Assembly: GCA_964016885.1 (NCBI GenBank)
Contig: OZ024743.1
Coordinates: forward strand, 70,060,001 to 70,124,000
Length of the DNA: 64,000 nucleotides
Direction of reading: 5' to 3'
DNA from: Eledone cirrhosa
Taxonomy: Eukaryota
Of the stretch, positions 51,045 through 64,000 are shown in pieces. The first letter of the stretch is position 1. Each line of letters starts with the position of its first letter. The notes under the pieces are model-generated. The model did not search any database. It was given only the letters and a program-made list of their open reading frames with translations, and was not told the origin of the DNA. A program made the position numbers and the translations under genes.

Positions 51045-51140
51045 AACAAGTAAGACCCCGACGGCTGAGCTCAAGCCGTTTCGACGGCTAATTCTGTACA
51101 TGCGTTATGGTCCACTTGGTTCCTTACCACATTCCCTTCG

Positions 51141-51198
<58 letters not shown>

Positions 51199-51254
51199 AA
51201 ATAAGTAAGTCAAATATGTAAAATTTGGCTTCGTTTTTATAAATTATAAATTTA

Positions 51255-51307
51255 CTGCTATATATATTTCGGTGACAGATATTATTGGCTGTGACCTCTT
51301 CAGGCAG
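51255..51307 (-). ncRNA. Type-I hammerhead ribozyme motif (left arm of an inverted repeat)
   Basis: CTGC CTGAAGA GGTCACAG..CTGTCACC GAAA TATATA TA GCAG; second copy on the plus strand at 51709-51761. Confidence 0.75.
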
Positions 51308-51915
51308 TCCGAATTGATGTGTGTGGAATAGAGAGGTACACATGGTTTTGAAGTGTGTTTCATTCTGTCAATACATTGATATGTCCAGCTCCTGGGTGTG
51401 TTGTTAATCCTCCGAGAAACTGGAATCTTATGAGCTAGAACAAACGAATTTCAGGATAGATGCCAGTCTACACGCATAAATCCTTCAGACCATAGCAGCA
51501 GCATACTAAAGTTGACCTGCTAGCTGACCTCTTAACAACACTACCACTACCAACACAGTGAAGGGGGTCAGCTGTACTTAAACATTCTGACAAAAACAAC
51601 TATAACAGGCTGGCCTGCTTCAGAAGAATTTCTATAGACTTTTAACTGAGGAGTGGTCTCACAACTGACCAATGAGTTACAAGGGTTCCTATGACGCTGA
51701 AATTCGGACTGCCTGAAGAGGTCACAGCCAATAATAGCTGTCACCGAAATATATATAACAGAGAATTTATAATTAATAATAAACAAAGCCAAATTTTGCA
51801 TATTTGACTTATTTTATTTCATATTACTCCGGAGTAAACAAACCAACCTGCGTACTTCGTCGAGTGCTCCAATCTGCATTCTGAGGTGTCGGTAAACAAC
51901 CAACATATACTCCAA

Positions 51916-52045
<130 letters not shown>

Positions 52046-52047
52046 AG

Positions 52048-52096
52048 AAAATATGGAACGCTTCACGAATTTGCGTGTCATCCTTGCGTAGGGGCC

Positions 52097-52136
<40 letters not shown>

Positions 52137-52142
52137 ACTGCC
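52048..52142 (-). pseudogene. U6: U6 snRNA copy lacking the first ~11 nt
   Basis: GGCAGTACATATACTAAAATTGGAACGATACAGAGAAGATTAGCATGGCCCCTACGCAAGGATGACACGCAAATTCGTGAAGCGTTCCATATTTT matches metazoan U6 from nt 12 to the end, including the ACAGAGA box. Confidence 0.95.
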
Positions 52143-52714
52143 ATCGTCTCAGTGTGTTTGGCCTTTAACATATGTTGTAGCTCTGGTTCGTCATAATTAT
52201 TGAGCGCTTGCCACACATCTCGGAAGTTGTTTTTCGCTAATTCCAAAGCCGAAATACGATTCTCGCTAATTTATATTTATATTTATATTTATATATATAT
52301 ATATCAGTGTGAATCCGTATATCCGATGGTGTTGATCATGAGACCCGCTGGCTCGGTGGCAATATCATGTTTTTGACGTTATTTTTGTTGCTTTTGTTGT
52401 TACTTGTGGCGTTGCTGTTATTGCTTTAGTTGTTGTGGCGTTTGACTCTGTTATTGCTTTTGACTCTGGCATTTTTTGGGGGGGAGGGAGTTGACGTTGC
52501 ATTTTAACGTTGCTGCACCTATGTCGTTTTTGACGTTGGCGTTACTATTTTTGTTGTTGGTGTGTCGCTTTTGTTTTTGTATGTTTTGTTGTAGGTGATG
52601 TTGCTTTAGTTTGTTTTTTTTTGTTTTTCATCATTAAATATTTTGTGGTTCTTAGGTGTGTCCTTCCGTTTTTCTATGTTGCTCCAACTTGAAGGGTCTT
52701 AGTCTTATTATCAT

Positions 52715-53975
52715 CAGCAAGTCTGCTATTATAATCACTACTTGTGTAACAAATTTCAGACCAGCAAGACTGCTATCATAATCAGTAGTTGTGTCACAAA
52801 ATTGAAACCAGCAAGTCTGCTATCATAATCACTACTTATGTCACAAAATTGAGACCAGGAAGGTTGCTATCATAATCACTACATGTGTCACAAAATTGAG
52901 GCCAGCAAGTCTGCTATCATAATCACTACATGTGTCACAAAATTGAGACCAGCAACTCTGCTATTATAATCAGTACATGTGTCACAAAATTGAGGCCAGC
53001 AAGTCTGCTATCATAATCACTACATGTGTCACAAAATTGAGACCAGCAACTCTGCTATTATAATCAGTACATGTGTCACAAAATTGAGACCAGCAAGTCT
53101 GCTCTCATAATCACTACATGTGTCACAAAATTGAGACCAGCAAGTCTGCTCTCATAATCACTACACGTGTCACAAAATTGAGGCCAGCAAGGCTGCTATT
53201 ATAACACTTGGTTAAAAAAGAAATCCTTTGTAAGTCATCTAAATTTTTTCCACTGATTTAGGACAATTTTGCACCGCTGAATCCGAAAATCCATTTCTCT
53301 TGATCAGGCCAAGTTTTTGTGCTAAGTCGATTTTAAAAAATTCCGATATTCTGATTAAATCGATTAAATTTTTGTGACATTTTCGTTTGATTTTTGTTAA
53401 TATTTCTCATCCGAGATAGGCTTTTAAGAGAAAAAAATAGTTTTCTAACACAATCCATTATTTAAAGATTACAAAAACTGATTAGTGTACATTGAATAAT
53501 AGAGATTGATAAAGGTAAGTACATGTAAATTGGATGTTTGGTTATCATTGTTCAAATTTCAGGGCTTGAACCTCCGTTTCTTCGAATTTCTAAATTGCTC
53601 AGTGGCAGGAATGCTTCTCTTCAGAGTCCAACAGTAATCAGCCACCATGACTGTATCCCAGCGTCCCTGATACCTGGTCTCCCTTTATTTCATATCCTGG
53701 TGGAAGTTCACCCTCTGCTCGTCGCTCATTGATCCCAGATTCTCAGAAACCCGATCCATATGTGTGAATAAGTAATGCATTTTGATGCACAGGTACTGAT
53801 TATAATCACTACATGTGTCACAAAATTGAGACCAGCAAGTCTGCTCTTATAATCAGTGCTTGTGTCCCAAAATTGAGACCAGCAAGTCTGCTCTCATAAT
53901 CAGTACAGGTGTCACAAGATTGAGACCAACAAGTCTGCTGTCATAATCAGTACAGGTGTCACAAAATTGAGACAT
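52715..53975. repeat. 47-bp minisatellite (about 10 + 4 copies), interrupted at 53205-53789
   Basis: Unit CCAGCAAGTCTGCTATCATAATCACTACATGTGTCACAAAATTGAGA; starts at 52761 and 52808. Confidence 0.93.
53205..53789 (-). mobile_element. DNA transposon 3' fragment, probably Chapaev3-like (CMC group)
   Basis: CIKMHYLFTHMDRVSENLGSMSDEQRVNFHQDMK*...RYQGRWDTVMVADYCWTLKR; terminus CAC preceded by TAA. Confidence 0.65.
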
Positions 53976-54288
53976 ACAAAGACAATATTACTTGATGGTG
54001 ATAGAGGTGGGAATGAATCTCTCAAAATTGTCAACAATTCGAACAAACCTAAGAGACCAATAGGCCTGACACCATAAAATATTCACTGAGAATTCTCACA
54101 GTATTTAATATGATCGATAACCTGTCAATACCGACAACTACCCAGTACAGTTGGCTACATGTTTACACATTTCATAAGTCTGATGCACCAACTAATTCTT
54201 ATTTCAATCTATCTTTATATTTCTCTTTGACAGCTTTCTCCCTCATGGTTTCCGTTATTATTTACGATACTATACTTTTGTTATTGTC

Positions 54289-54452
54289 TTTCTTCTTCTT
54301 CTTCTTCTTCTTCTTCTTCTTCTTCTTCTTCTTCTTCTTCTTCTTCTTCTTCTTCTTCTTCTTCTTCTTCTTCTTCTTCTTCTTCTTCTTCTTCTTCTTC
54401 TTCTTCTTCTTCTTCTTCTTCTTCTTCTTCTTCTTCTTCTTCTTCTTCTTCT
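54289..54452. repeat. (TTC)n microsatellite
   Basis: Pure trinucleotide run of about 54 units. Confidence 0.98.
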
Positions 54453-54888
54453 TTATAGTTGTTGGTGTTGTTATTGTTATTATTGTCATTTTGATTATTA
54501 TGAATAATTCTATTATTATTGTTGTTGATGTTGTAGTTAATATTATGTGCCAAACAATTTTTTTAAATATAAATAAGTTACTTTGTATCTATGTATGTAG
54601 TCTTGTGCGCAAGTATATGTACATATTTATATATATACATATGTATGTATGTATGTTCTTCTGGTTTTATAATTTCACAAATTTTTGCCAATAGAGATAG
54701 AGTCGGTTTCTAGCATAGACACAAGACTCTCTCATTGGAATTTACACATCAAATAGGTAGATATGTCTGCGTGTCTGCATGCATGCATGTGTATATATGG
54801 ATGTTATTGTATATGTGGATGTGAATGTTTTGAGTTGTATGTGTGCATGTGTATATGCTTAGTATCTGTACATGTGTATATGCAGTTA

Positions 54889-57336
54889 TTAGATGCAAAA
54901 TGTTTGGAATGTTTTACATATTTTTACTGTTCCATTAATGGTTTGTACTTGTAATTTCCTAACTAGTTGTGTTCTTTCTGTTCCTGTGAAGCCTAGCTTC
55001 TCAAGATTTGTATTGAGGCAGTTACTAACATATCCCATCGCCCCAATAATCACAGGCATAAATCTGAAGGTATAATCAGGGTGGAGTATTTGCAGATTTC
55101 TCATCAGTTCTGCATAAATATTCTCCTTTTCGCTAATCTTTGATATTATATTGGCATCTGCTGGGCAGCTAACTTCCACTAGTGTGCATGCCTTCTTTTC
55201 CCTGTCCCATATTATAATATCTGATCTGTTATGCCTGCATTTTATTAGGGTTTTTACTGGAACATTCCACCAGTACTCTTTTATATTATGTATATGTATG
55301 TCTTCCACATTGCTGTAGCTTTCAATATGTTTATTATCGGGGCTATCTTTTCTACGGATTGCATTGTACATAGGTTTGGCCACTACATCATGCCTCATAG
55401 CGTGATAGTACCGCGATGACATCTTTGGACAGCTGCTGATGACATGGGTGACATCTTCGATGTTAATTCTGCAGAGTCTGCACTTGTTATCACATCTAGG
55501 TGTTTTGCCTGCATCCCTATCTCTTTTGTGAGTCTGGTATTTCGTGTTGGTTTCCTGTTCTTGGATTGCAAAAGCGTATCCTTCAAAGTGCGAGCCAATA
55601 TAGCGGTTGTGGTCCAAGATAGACTACTTTCTTTATCTATATTACTCTCAACCTGGAGCTTCCTGGCAACATATACATGCATGATTTTTTGCTGATAAGC
55701 ATGCAGTTTTATCCATGGATTCACTGCGATACGGCTGAGCGACTTCCTTGGGTGTGAGTTATTGATTATCACACATGGAATACCTCTCGAGGAGTTCCTT
55801 CCCAACTCTCATGATCTTATATGTTTCATGCAGATAACTTGCTCGAGAGACGGGTTCCTACGCTTTGAGGTTCGTAGATGTTGTCGGAGGGATATGATGC
55901 GACATTGAAATGCTGTCTGGACTGATCTTAGGCCTCTGCCTCCCTGCTTACGTTTCAAGTAAAGGCGGTCTATTTCCCTGTTGATGTGGAAGTTTCCGGT
56001 GTTGTTTAGTATTTTTCAAGTTCTAACATCAATCGCTCGGATTTCGTCTATCTTCCAATTGAGTAATCCAAAAGTTGGTGTTAAGATAGACACAGCAAAC
56101 ACATTGTAAGCCACTGTTTTGTTTTGCGAAGAGAGTTCCGATGACTATATCTTTCTTAATCGGGTGTAGTATTCCCTGGTTACGCGTTCCTTATTACAGA
56201 TACCGTTATAGGATATGTTCTCATGTATCCCCAGGTATCTGTAACAGTCCTCATCAGATATCGGTGAAACCGTTAGGCCATTGATACAAATGTTGCTAGA
56301 TTGGGTTGTTGTTTTTCCCCGCTTTACAGTCATGTATGAGCATTTATCTTGGCCAAACTCCATTCCTATATCTTTTGAGAATGTTGTAACCAGGTCAAGA
56401 TTTTTCTTCATCCCATCCATGTTCTTGGCATAGAATTTCAGATCATTCACAAAGAAATTATTTTTTTAGCAGAAAGAACAAGGGGTTTAATGACAGGATG
56501 AATAATATCACAGAGAGAGAGAGACTCTCTCCTTGAAATATACCGTTGCGATATTTTATTTTATCAGTGAAAATAGAGTCCTCCTTCTCTGGCTTTAACT
56601 TTAGGATAGTAGCCCAAGAAGAAGACAGCTTCTCTGTGGCTCTGATAATAATGTCTGGGTTTTAGCAAGTCGGAGGGCCTCAATCATCAAAGAGTGGGGA
56701 ATAGAATCGAAAGCTTTCCTGTAGTCCAGCCACACTGTAACCATATTCCTCCTAAGTTATCGCACCTCCGACATCGCAGTTTTGTTGATTAGGAGTTGTT
56801 CAGCACATCCCCAAACCCCTTTCTTTCCAGCTGCTTGTTCATCTGTGATGATGTTATTATTTTCACAGTGATCTTGGAGGAATAGGTTCAGGCAGGCTGT
56901 ATACATCTTATACATGAGGTTCTGGCATGCAATGGGTCGGTAGATTTTGCCAAGTGGGTGTCTTTGTTCTTGGGGACCAGTAATGTTTGTGCTAATGGCA
57001 ACCATCCTGGTATAAGTGTATCACCCTTAAGAACTTGTTGGTAGAGGTCGGTAAGATACCTCCGATAGAATATCAGTTTCTTGTACCAGTAGCCGACAAT
57101 TATGTCTCTTCCTGGTGTTTTCTTATCTTGGAATTTTCCTATCACAGTCTCAAGGTTACCCTCAATTATTTCGAATGTTTTGTTGTAGTGTAAGCGCAAT
57201 AGTTCTTTTGGATTTCTTTTAGCCACACTGCATCTTGTTTGAAATTCTTCTTTTCACCCCATATTTGTCTCCGAAAGGAATCTGTCTTTCTGGAAGGGGG
57301 CCTCAGTGACACTTATCATTTTGCCCTTCATATCTC
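54889..57336 (-). pseudogene. R4/Dong-type non-LTR retrotransposon (RT, CCHC, restriction-like endonuclease), 5'-truncated and frameshifted
   Basis: KKTPGRD, YRPIACQNLMYK, KGVWGCAEQLLIN, WLDYRKAFDSIPH, GIFQG, FVNDLKFYA, YRYLG, CRLCRINIEDVTHVISSC, RHDVVAK, NRSDIIIWDREKKACTLVEVSCP, PVIIGAMG. Confidence 0.9.
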
Positions 57337-57917
57337 TATAGACTGATGTTTGGTTTCATATCTCTATAGGCTGATGTATGTATGTACATATGAATGTATG
57401 TATATATGTATGTATATAAGTAGGATGTATGAATGTATGTACTTATGAACGTATGTATGTATATATGTATGTATGTAGGTAGGTATGTATGCATGTATAT
57501 ATGTACGTATGCATGTATATATGTAGGTATGCACGCATATATGTACGTATGCATGTATGTATGTGCGTATGCATGTATGTATATATGTATAAATAAAAAT
57601 AATGCATAATTTGTATACAAATGTATATATAGTAAGAATACTACCTTACCACCAACACCACGCACAGAAATCCAGAAACAAATGCATTTAGATTTGTTTG
57701 TGTGTGTGAAAGAGAGTGAGAGTGTGTGTATGTAGCTGAATGTATGCGTGTGTTTGTCTGTGTGTCTGTGTATGTATGTATGTGTATATGCGTGTGTATG
57801 TGTGTGTCTGTGTCTGTGTGCGTGTGCGAGCGAGAGAGAGAGTAAACAATATATATACTGGAGGGGGAAAATTAAGTAGATGTATCATCTACAATAGAGA
57901 GCAACGTGTAGATAAAT

Positions 57918-57991
<74 letters not shown>

Positions 57992-58051
57992 ACGTGTGTA
58001 CGTATATAATTATGAATATATAACTATGTATTATATATATACATATACATA

Positions 58052-58140
<89 letters not shown>

Positions 58141-58196
58141 ATATAAATATATATACATATATATATCTACATATACATATCTATATCGACATATAA

Positions 58197-58258
<62 letters not shown>

Positions 58259-58297
58259 GTATATAAATATATAAATATTTATATATATATATATACG

Positions 58298-58328
<31 letters not shown>

Positions 58329-58703
58329 AGAGACAGAGAGAAAGCTGGGGAATGAATAGTATCAATATAAGAATATGATAGACAGTCTTATAATCTTGTT
58401 ATTCGGTTAAATACAAGAGGGGAGTGCTCAGTGTGTAATGTTTTTCTAAAAACCACTTAAAATCTCATCGTAAATATATGTTCTTAATCGCTTCATGTTA
58501 ACGTATTTTTCCTTGTAAGATGCATTTATTATTTTTTTAATTTTCTGCAAATTTTTAAAATGCATTCTGAAAAATTCTATTTATGCATCCATAAACACAC
58601 AATAACACACATAATTCAAAGTCACTTACTTACAAACACATACTCTTACTCACACATACAAATTACTCAGAAACAAACAAATACACACACATACATACGT
58701 ACA

Positions 58704-58760
<57 letters not shown>

Positions 58761-58866
58761 TCAAGATATATAGACACACACATGCACACACACACACACT
58801 TATATATATGTACATATACATATACACACATATATATATATATAAAAATATATATATACATATATA

Positions 58867-58950
<84 letters not shown>

Positions 58951-59691
58951 TCTACCTATTCTTAGAGGTAAACACGTCTAATATATTCAGATGGTTGTAA
59001 ATGACAGGAGTGTTGTTTGTTTCCATACATCTAAAGAAGTGAGACTCGTAAACATCTAAGACATAGCTGGTAATACATGGAGATGCCAAACTATTAATAT
59101 AATATTCACAGCTTCCCTATTATATGTTGATTGCTCTTTTAATTTATTTGTACCCCCACCTATACGTACACATATAAACATATATATATATATATACATA
59201 TATGTGTGTGTGTTTCTGTGTCTGGGTATGTGTATGTGTACACGAAATATAAATGGAAAATAACAAAGGAAAGAATATAGTACAATGAAGAGGTATTTTA
59301 TATTTGAGGAAGGTCATGTCGTCCTAATATTGCCAGAAATAGTAGTAAAACACTCTCACTGTTTGATTTCCACTTCAGTATATTTTTATAAATAATTTAA
59401 CTTGCAATCAATGTTTATCATTGATTGAAAAAAAATTAAAAACATAAATATAAATATAATTTGTCAAAGTTCTTTCGCCATACATTAAAGATATATTATA
59501 TAATACTTAACGCTTGTTATAGTAGGAAAAGAATCTTAACACACGCACACACATACATACACACACACACATACATACGCACACACACATACACATACAT
59601 CGCCCCCCCCACACACACACACACATATACATGTGCACACACACATACCCCCCCCACACACACACAAAGACAGACACATATATATATATAT

Positions 59692-60095
59692 ATAGTATAA
59701 AGAAACGAAAAGTCAGTGATGCATCTGGACTTAATTTATTGCGTGTTACAATTGTTTCGCCGGCAGGTAGCTCAAGACATGGTCCCTGTATGGATCTGGC
59801 TGATTCTACGGCTGCGCAGGTTCTTTCAGTCACGGGTATTTAGTTCGGAGCAAATTTTATCACTAGGGTGTTATCATCATTTTTTTTTTTTTTTTTTTAG
59901 GCTGTTTTTTTATGATAACACCCCAGTGATAAAATTTGCTCCGAACGAAATACCCGTTTCTGAAAGAACCTGCACCCGTAGACTCAGCAAGATCCATACA
60001 GGGACCATGTCTCGAGCTACCTGCCGGCAAAACAATTGTAACACGCAATAAATTAAGTTCAGATGCATCACTGATTTTTCGTTTTCTTGATACTA
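59692..60095. repeat. ~185-bp-arm inverted repeat with an HHR-like motif
   Basis: 59692-59878 is reverse-complementary to 59911-60095 around a T-rich spacer. Confidence 0.9.
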
Positions 60096-60174
60096 TCTAC
60101 ACTCTACTCTGCTGAATATCGAGTGCTAATTTTGGCATACCGCCCATGGAAGCACCATAGCTATCATTATACAC

Positions 60175-61869
<1,695 letters not shown>

Positions 61870-61965
61870 TATATTATAGTTAAAATAGAAAACAAAAACA
61901 AAGCGAAGAATGCAGTACAAAGTGTTAGTATTAGGTTCACGCTTGAGAGTGGGGGTGGGGGAGAT
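61870..61965 (-). mobile_element. Terminal 3' remnant related to the 4890-9260 PLE family
   Basis: Reverse complement CCCCACTCTCAAGCGTGAACCTAATA...GTACTGC matches 9183-9230. Confidence 0.6.
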
Positions 61966-61974
61966 GCCTTAATA

Positions 61975-62525
61975 ATGGTTTCTACTTTTGGCACAAGGCC
62001 AGCAATTATCCCAGTGCATTACTGGTACTTTATTTTATCGACCCCGTAAGGATGAAAGGCAAAGTTAACCTCGGCGGGATTTGAACTCAGACCCAATAAT
62101 ACAGCCATATAAACGGTAAAGAATAATTCAAAGTTCAAATGAGATTTTATGGTCCACAGCAAGATAGATAAAAGACATTGAATGTGTTTAATTTTTCTTT
62201 ACACTAATAATATTTTATCCTACAAATAATATTTACGCCTCTATTAATATGATGTAACGTATTGGTTTCTCAGTTACTAGAACTTGTTCTTATTCGTATT
62301 TTTATTGCATGATTTTTGTATTGTTTTTCTTAATATATTCTATTAATGTTAGTATTATTACTATTAATAAGTATTATTCAGTTCAAATCCCACCGATGTT
62401 AGCTTTGCCTTTCATCTTTACGGGGTCAATAAAATAAGGTACCAGTAATGCACTAAGGTCGATATAATCGACTTGCCCCTCCCCATCAAATTGCAGGCCA
62501 TGTGCCTAAAGTAGAAACAATCAAT
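61975..62525. mobile_element. Two SINE fragments (61975-62090 minus; 62380-62525 plus)
   Basis: SINE core. Confidence 0.85.
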
Positions 62526-63046
62526 AAGTATTGTTAAACAGATAAGCCCTAATTGTATTCCTATAACAAAATGTTAATGTTTAGATTATGTGCAAGAATG
62601 TGTAATAGTCAGGCAAAATATTCATTAGTCACTGCACGTTATATTTTATACTGTGTGGGACATACCTAAAGACAATTCGTGTGATAAGTAGCTACTTGTC
62701 TTTCATTGCGTTTACTGGAATCGATAATCGGTTATTGATAATCGAGTAGTTGGATAGATTTCCACTTGCCAAAGTTTCTCTTGGATTTGTGAAACAGTAC
62801 TGTCATGAATATTACATATTCTACCTTAAGTATGTATATTTTCTCCTGAATATCATGTGTTATTATATATATTAATATATATGTACAAAATACTATGTAT
62901 TCCATAAATGATATATGACTCTTTCTCTGTCTCTAAATATATATTTGGAATTTGAATTATTGATACTCTGAACCAGTTAGGTTATTTAAAGAGAAATACG
63001 GTTATCAGACATATTAGATACGATTTGATAGCTTGAAATTGTGTGC

Positions 63047-63098
<52 letters not shown>

Positions 63099-63261
63099 AA
63101 AAGATAACAAGGACGATTGGTTATTCCTTCATTACATTTATTGGTAGGTGACGCGCGTTTCACAACTGATCAGCTCAAAGTTTGATCTGTATCGATCTTA
63201 CCCGACTCTATAATCCGCAGCTCGGCAGATTCTTTAAAATGCTAGTAGAAAATCTAGAAAA

Positions 63262-63298
<37 letters not shown>

Positions 63299-63313
63299 CA
63301 AATATATATATAT

Positions 63314-64000
63314 CTTCCCCAACTAACATACTAACATCCCTCACTTCTTCTCCCCCTCTTCTTATCACACGCACACACCCAACGGTACATATGAACACGC
63401 GCTCACACTAAACACACACCCTACTACCACCACCCACTTTACACACCCTACCACCACTGACCCCCACTCACACCCGAATTCAACCCTTTCCCCACCTCCA
63501 GTATACTAACACTCACTAACACCCACTCGACCACACACACACTCATCCAAACACGCACACACACACCAGTACACTACACTCCCTCCACCGGCCCCCACAC
63601 CCTTTTCTCCCCGCTCCACCCACACACTTTCTCACACACACACACATCCCACTAACACCTCTACTAATAGACACACACCCCTCCTCACTCCAACTTTCAC
63701 ACCTACCCATCCTCTCCCCTGTCCACCGCACCTCCGCATACACTGACACACCGACTTTCTTCATTTACCATTCTACCCGACTGCTGCTATGCCTTTATCT
63801 CTGACCACCTCCCCGCACACACAGACACACAACCCTCCTCCTGCCTTGACCCTCTGACCACTTCCTGTTCCGCGCGCACCCACATCTCCCCTCTTCCGAC
63901 CAACCACGGATTACACATATTGAACATCGATCCCTAGAATCCACCACATCCCAAGGATATTACCCAGCGTTCCACCACATCCTCTACGGAACTAACTTAA
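63314..64000 (+). mobile_element. 5'-truncated second copy of the 4890-9260 PLE 3' region (runs off the window)
   Basis: Colinear with about 8024-8628, e.g. CTGTCCACCGCACCTCCGCA, CGACTGCTGCTATGCC, CCACCACATCCTCTACGGAACTA. Confidence 0.9.

Noticed and set aside
52305-52700. LINE ORF1-like A/C-rich segment upstream of the U6 copy
   Set aside because: Only compositional similarity; no open frame or motif.
54110-54694. Poly-Phe/Lys/Glu ORFs
   Set aside because: (TTC)n microsatellite.

Overview
This is AT-rich, repeat-saturated eukaryotic genomic DNA. The SINE, LINE and microsatellite complement looks cephalopod (Octopus-like), which is an inference. I see no convincing intact host gene, only a few speculative micro-exons, and most ORF-track entries are microsatellite artefacts. 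Retroelements: a frameshifted near-full-length Penelope-like element (PLE; RT + GIY-YIG, 4.9-9.3 kb), a full-length Tx1/L1-type LINE in (AAT)n (11.9-17.8 kb, minus), an R4/Dong-type RLE LINE fragment (54.9-57.3 kb), RTE and further PLE remnants (including Naiad-like ones), and more than 20 tRNA-derived SINE copies. Other features: mariner, piggyBac-like and Chapaev3-like remnants, a 5'-truncated U6 snRNA copy and several minisatellites. The most striking unannotated signal is a dense set of short inserts in (TA)n tracts. They are fold-back (inverted-repeat) structures and/or carry minimal type-I hammerhead ribozyme (HHR) motifs (stem I-CUGANGA-stem II-GAAA-palindromic stem III-UH). These include U3-A8 core variants and a 524-bp tandem-plus-inverted retrozyme-like unit. 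Also notable: a 71-bp x ~34 satellite with a duplicated 15-unit block that arose from a LINE endonuclease coding region, and a SINE whose 3' end resembles that of the Tx1-like LINE. All alignments and folds were done by eye and boundaries are approximate.
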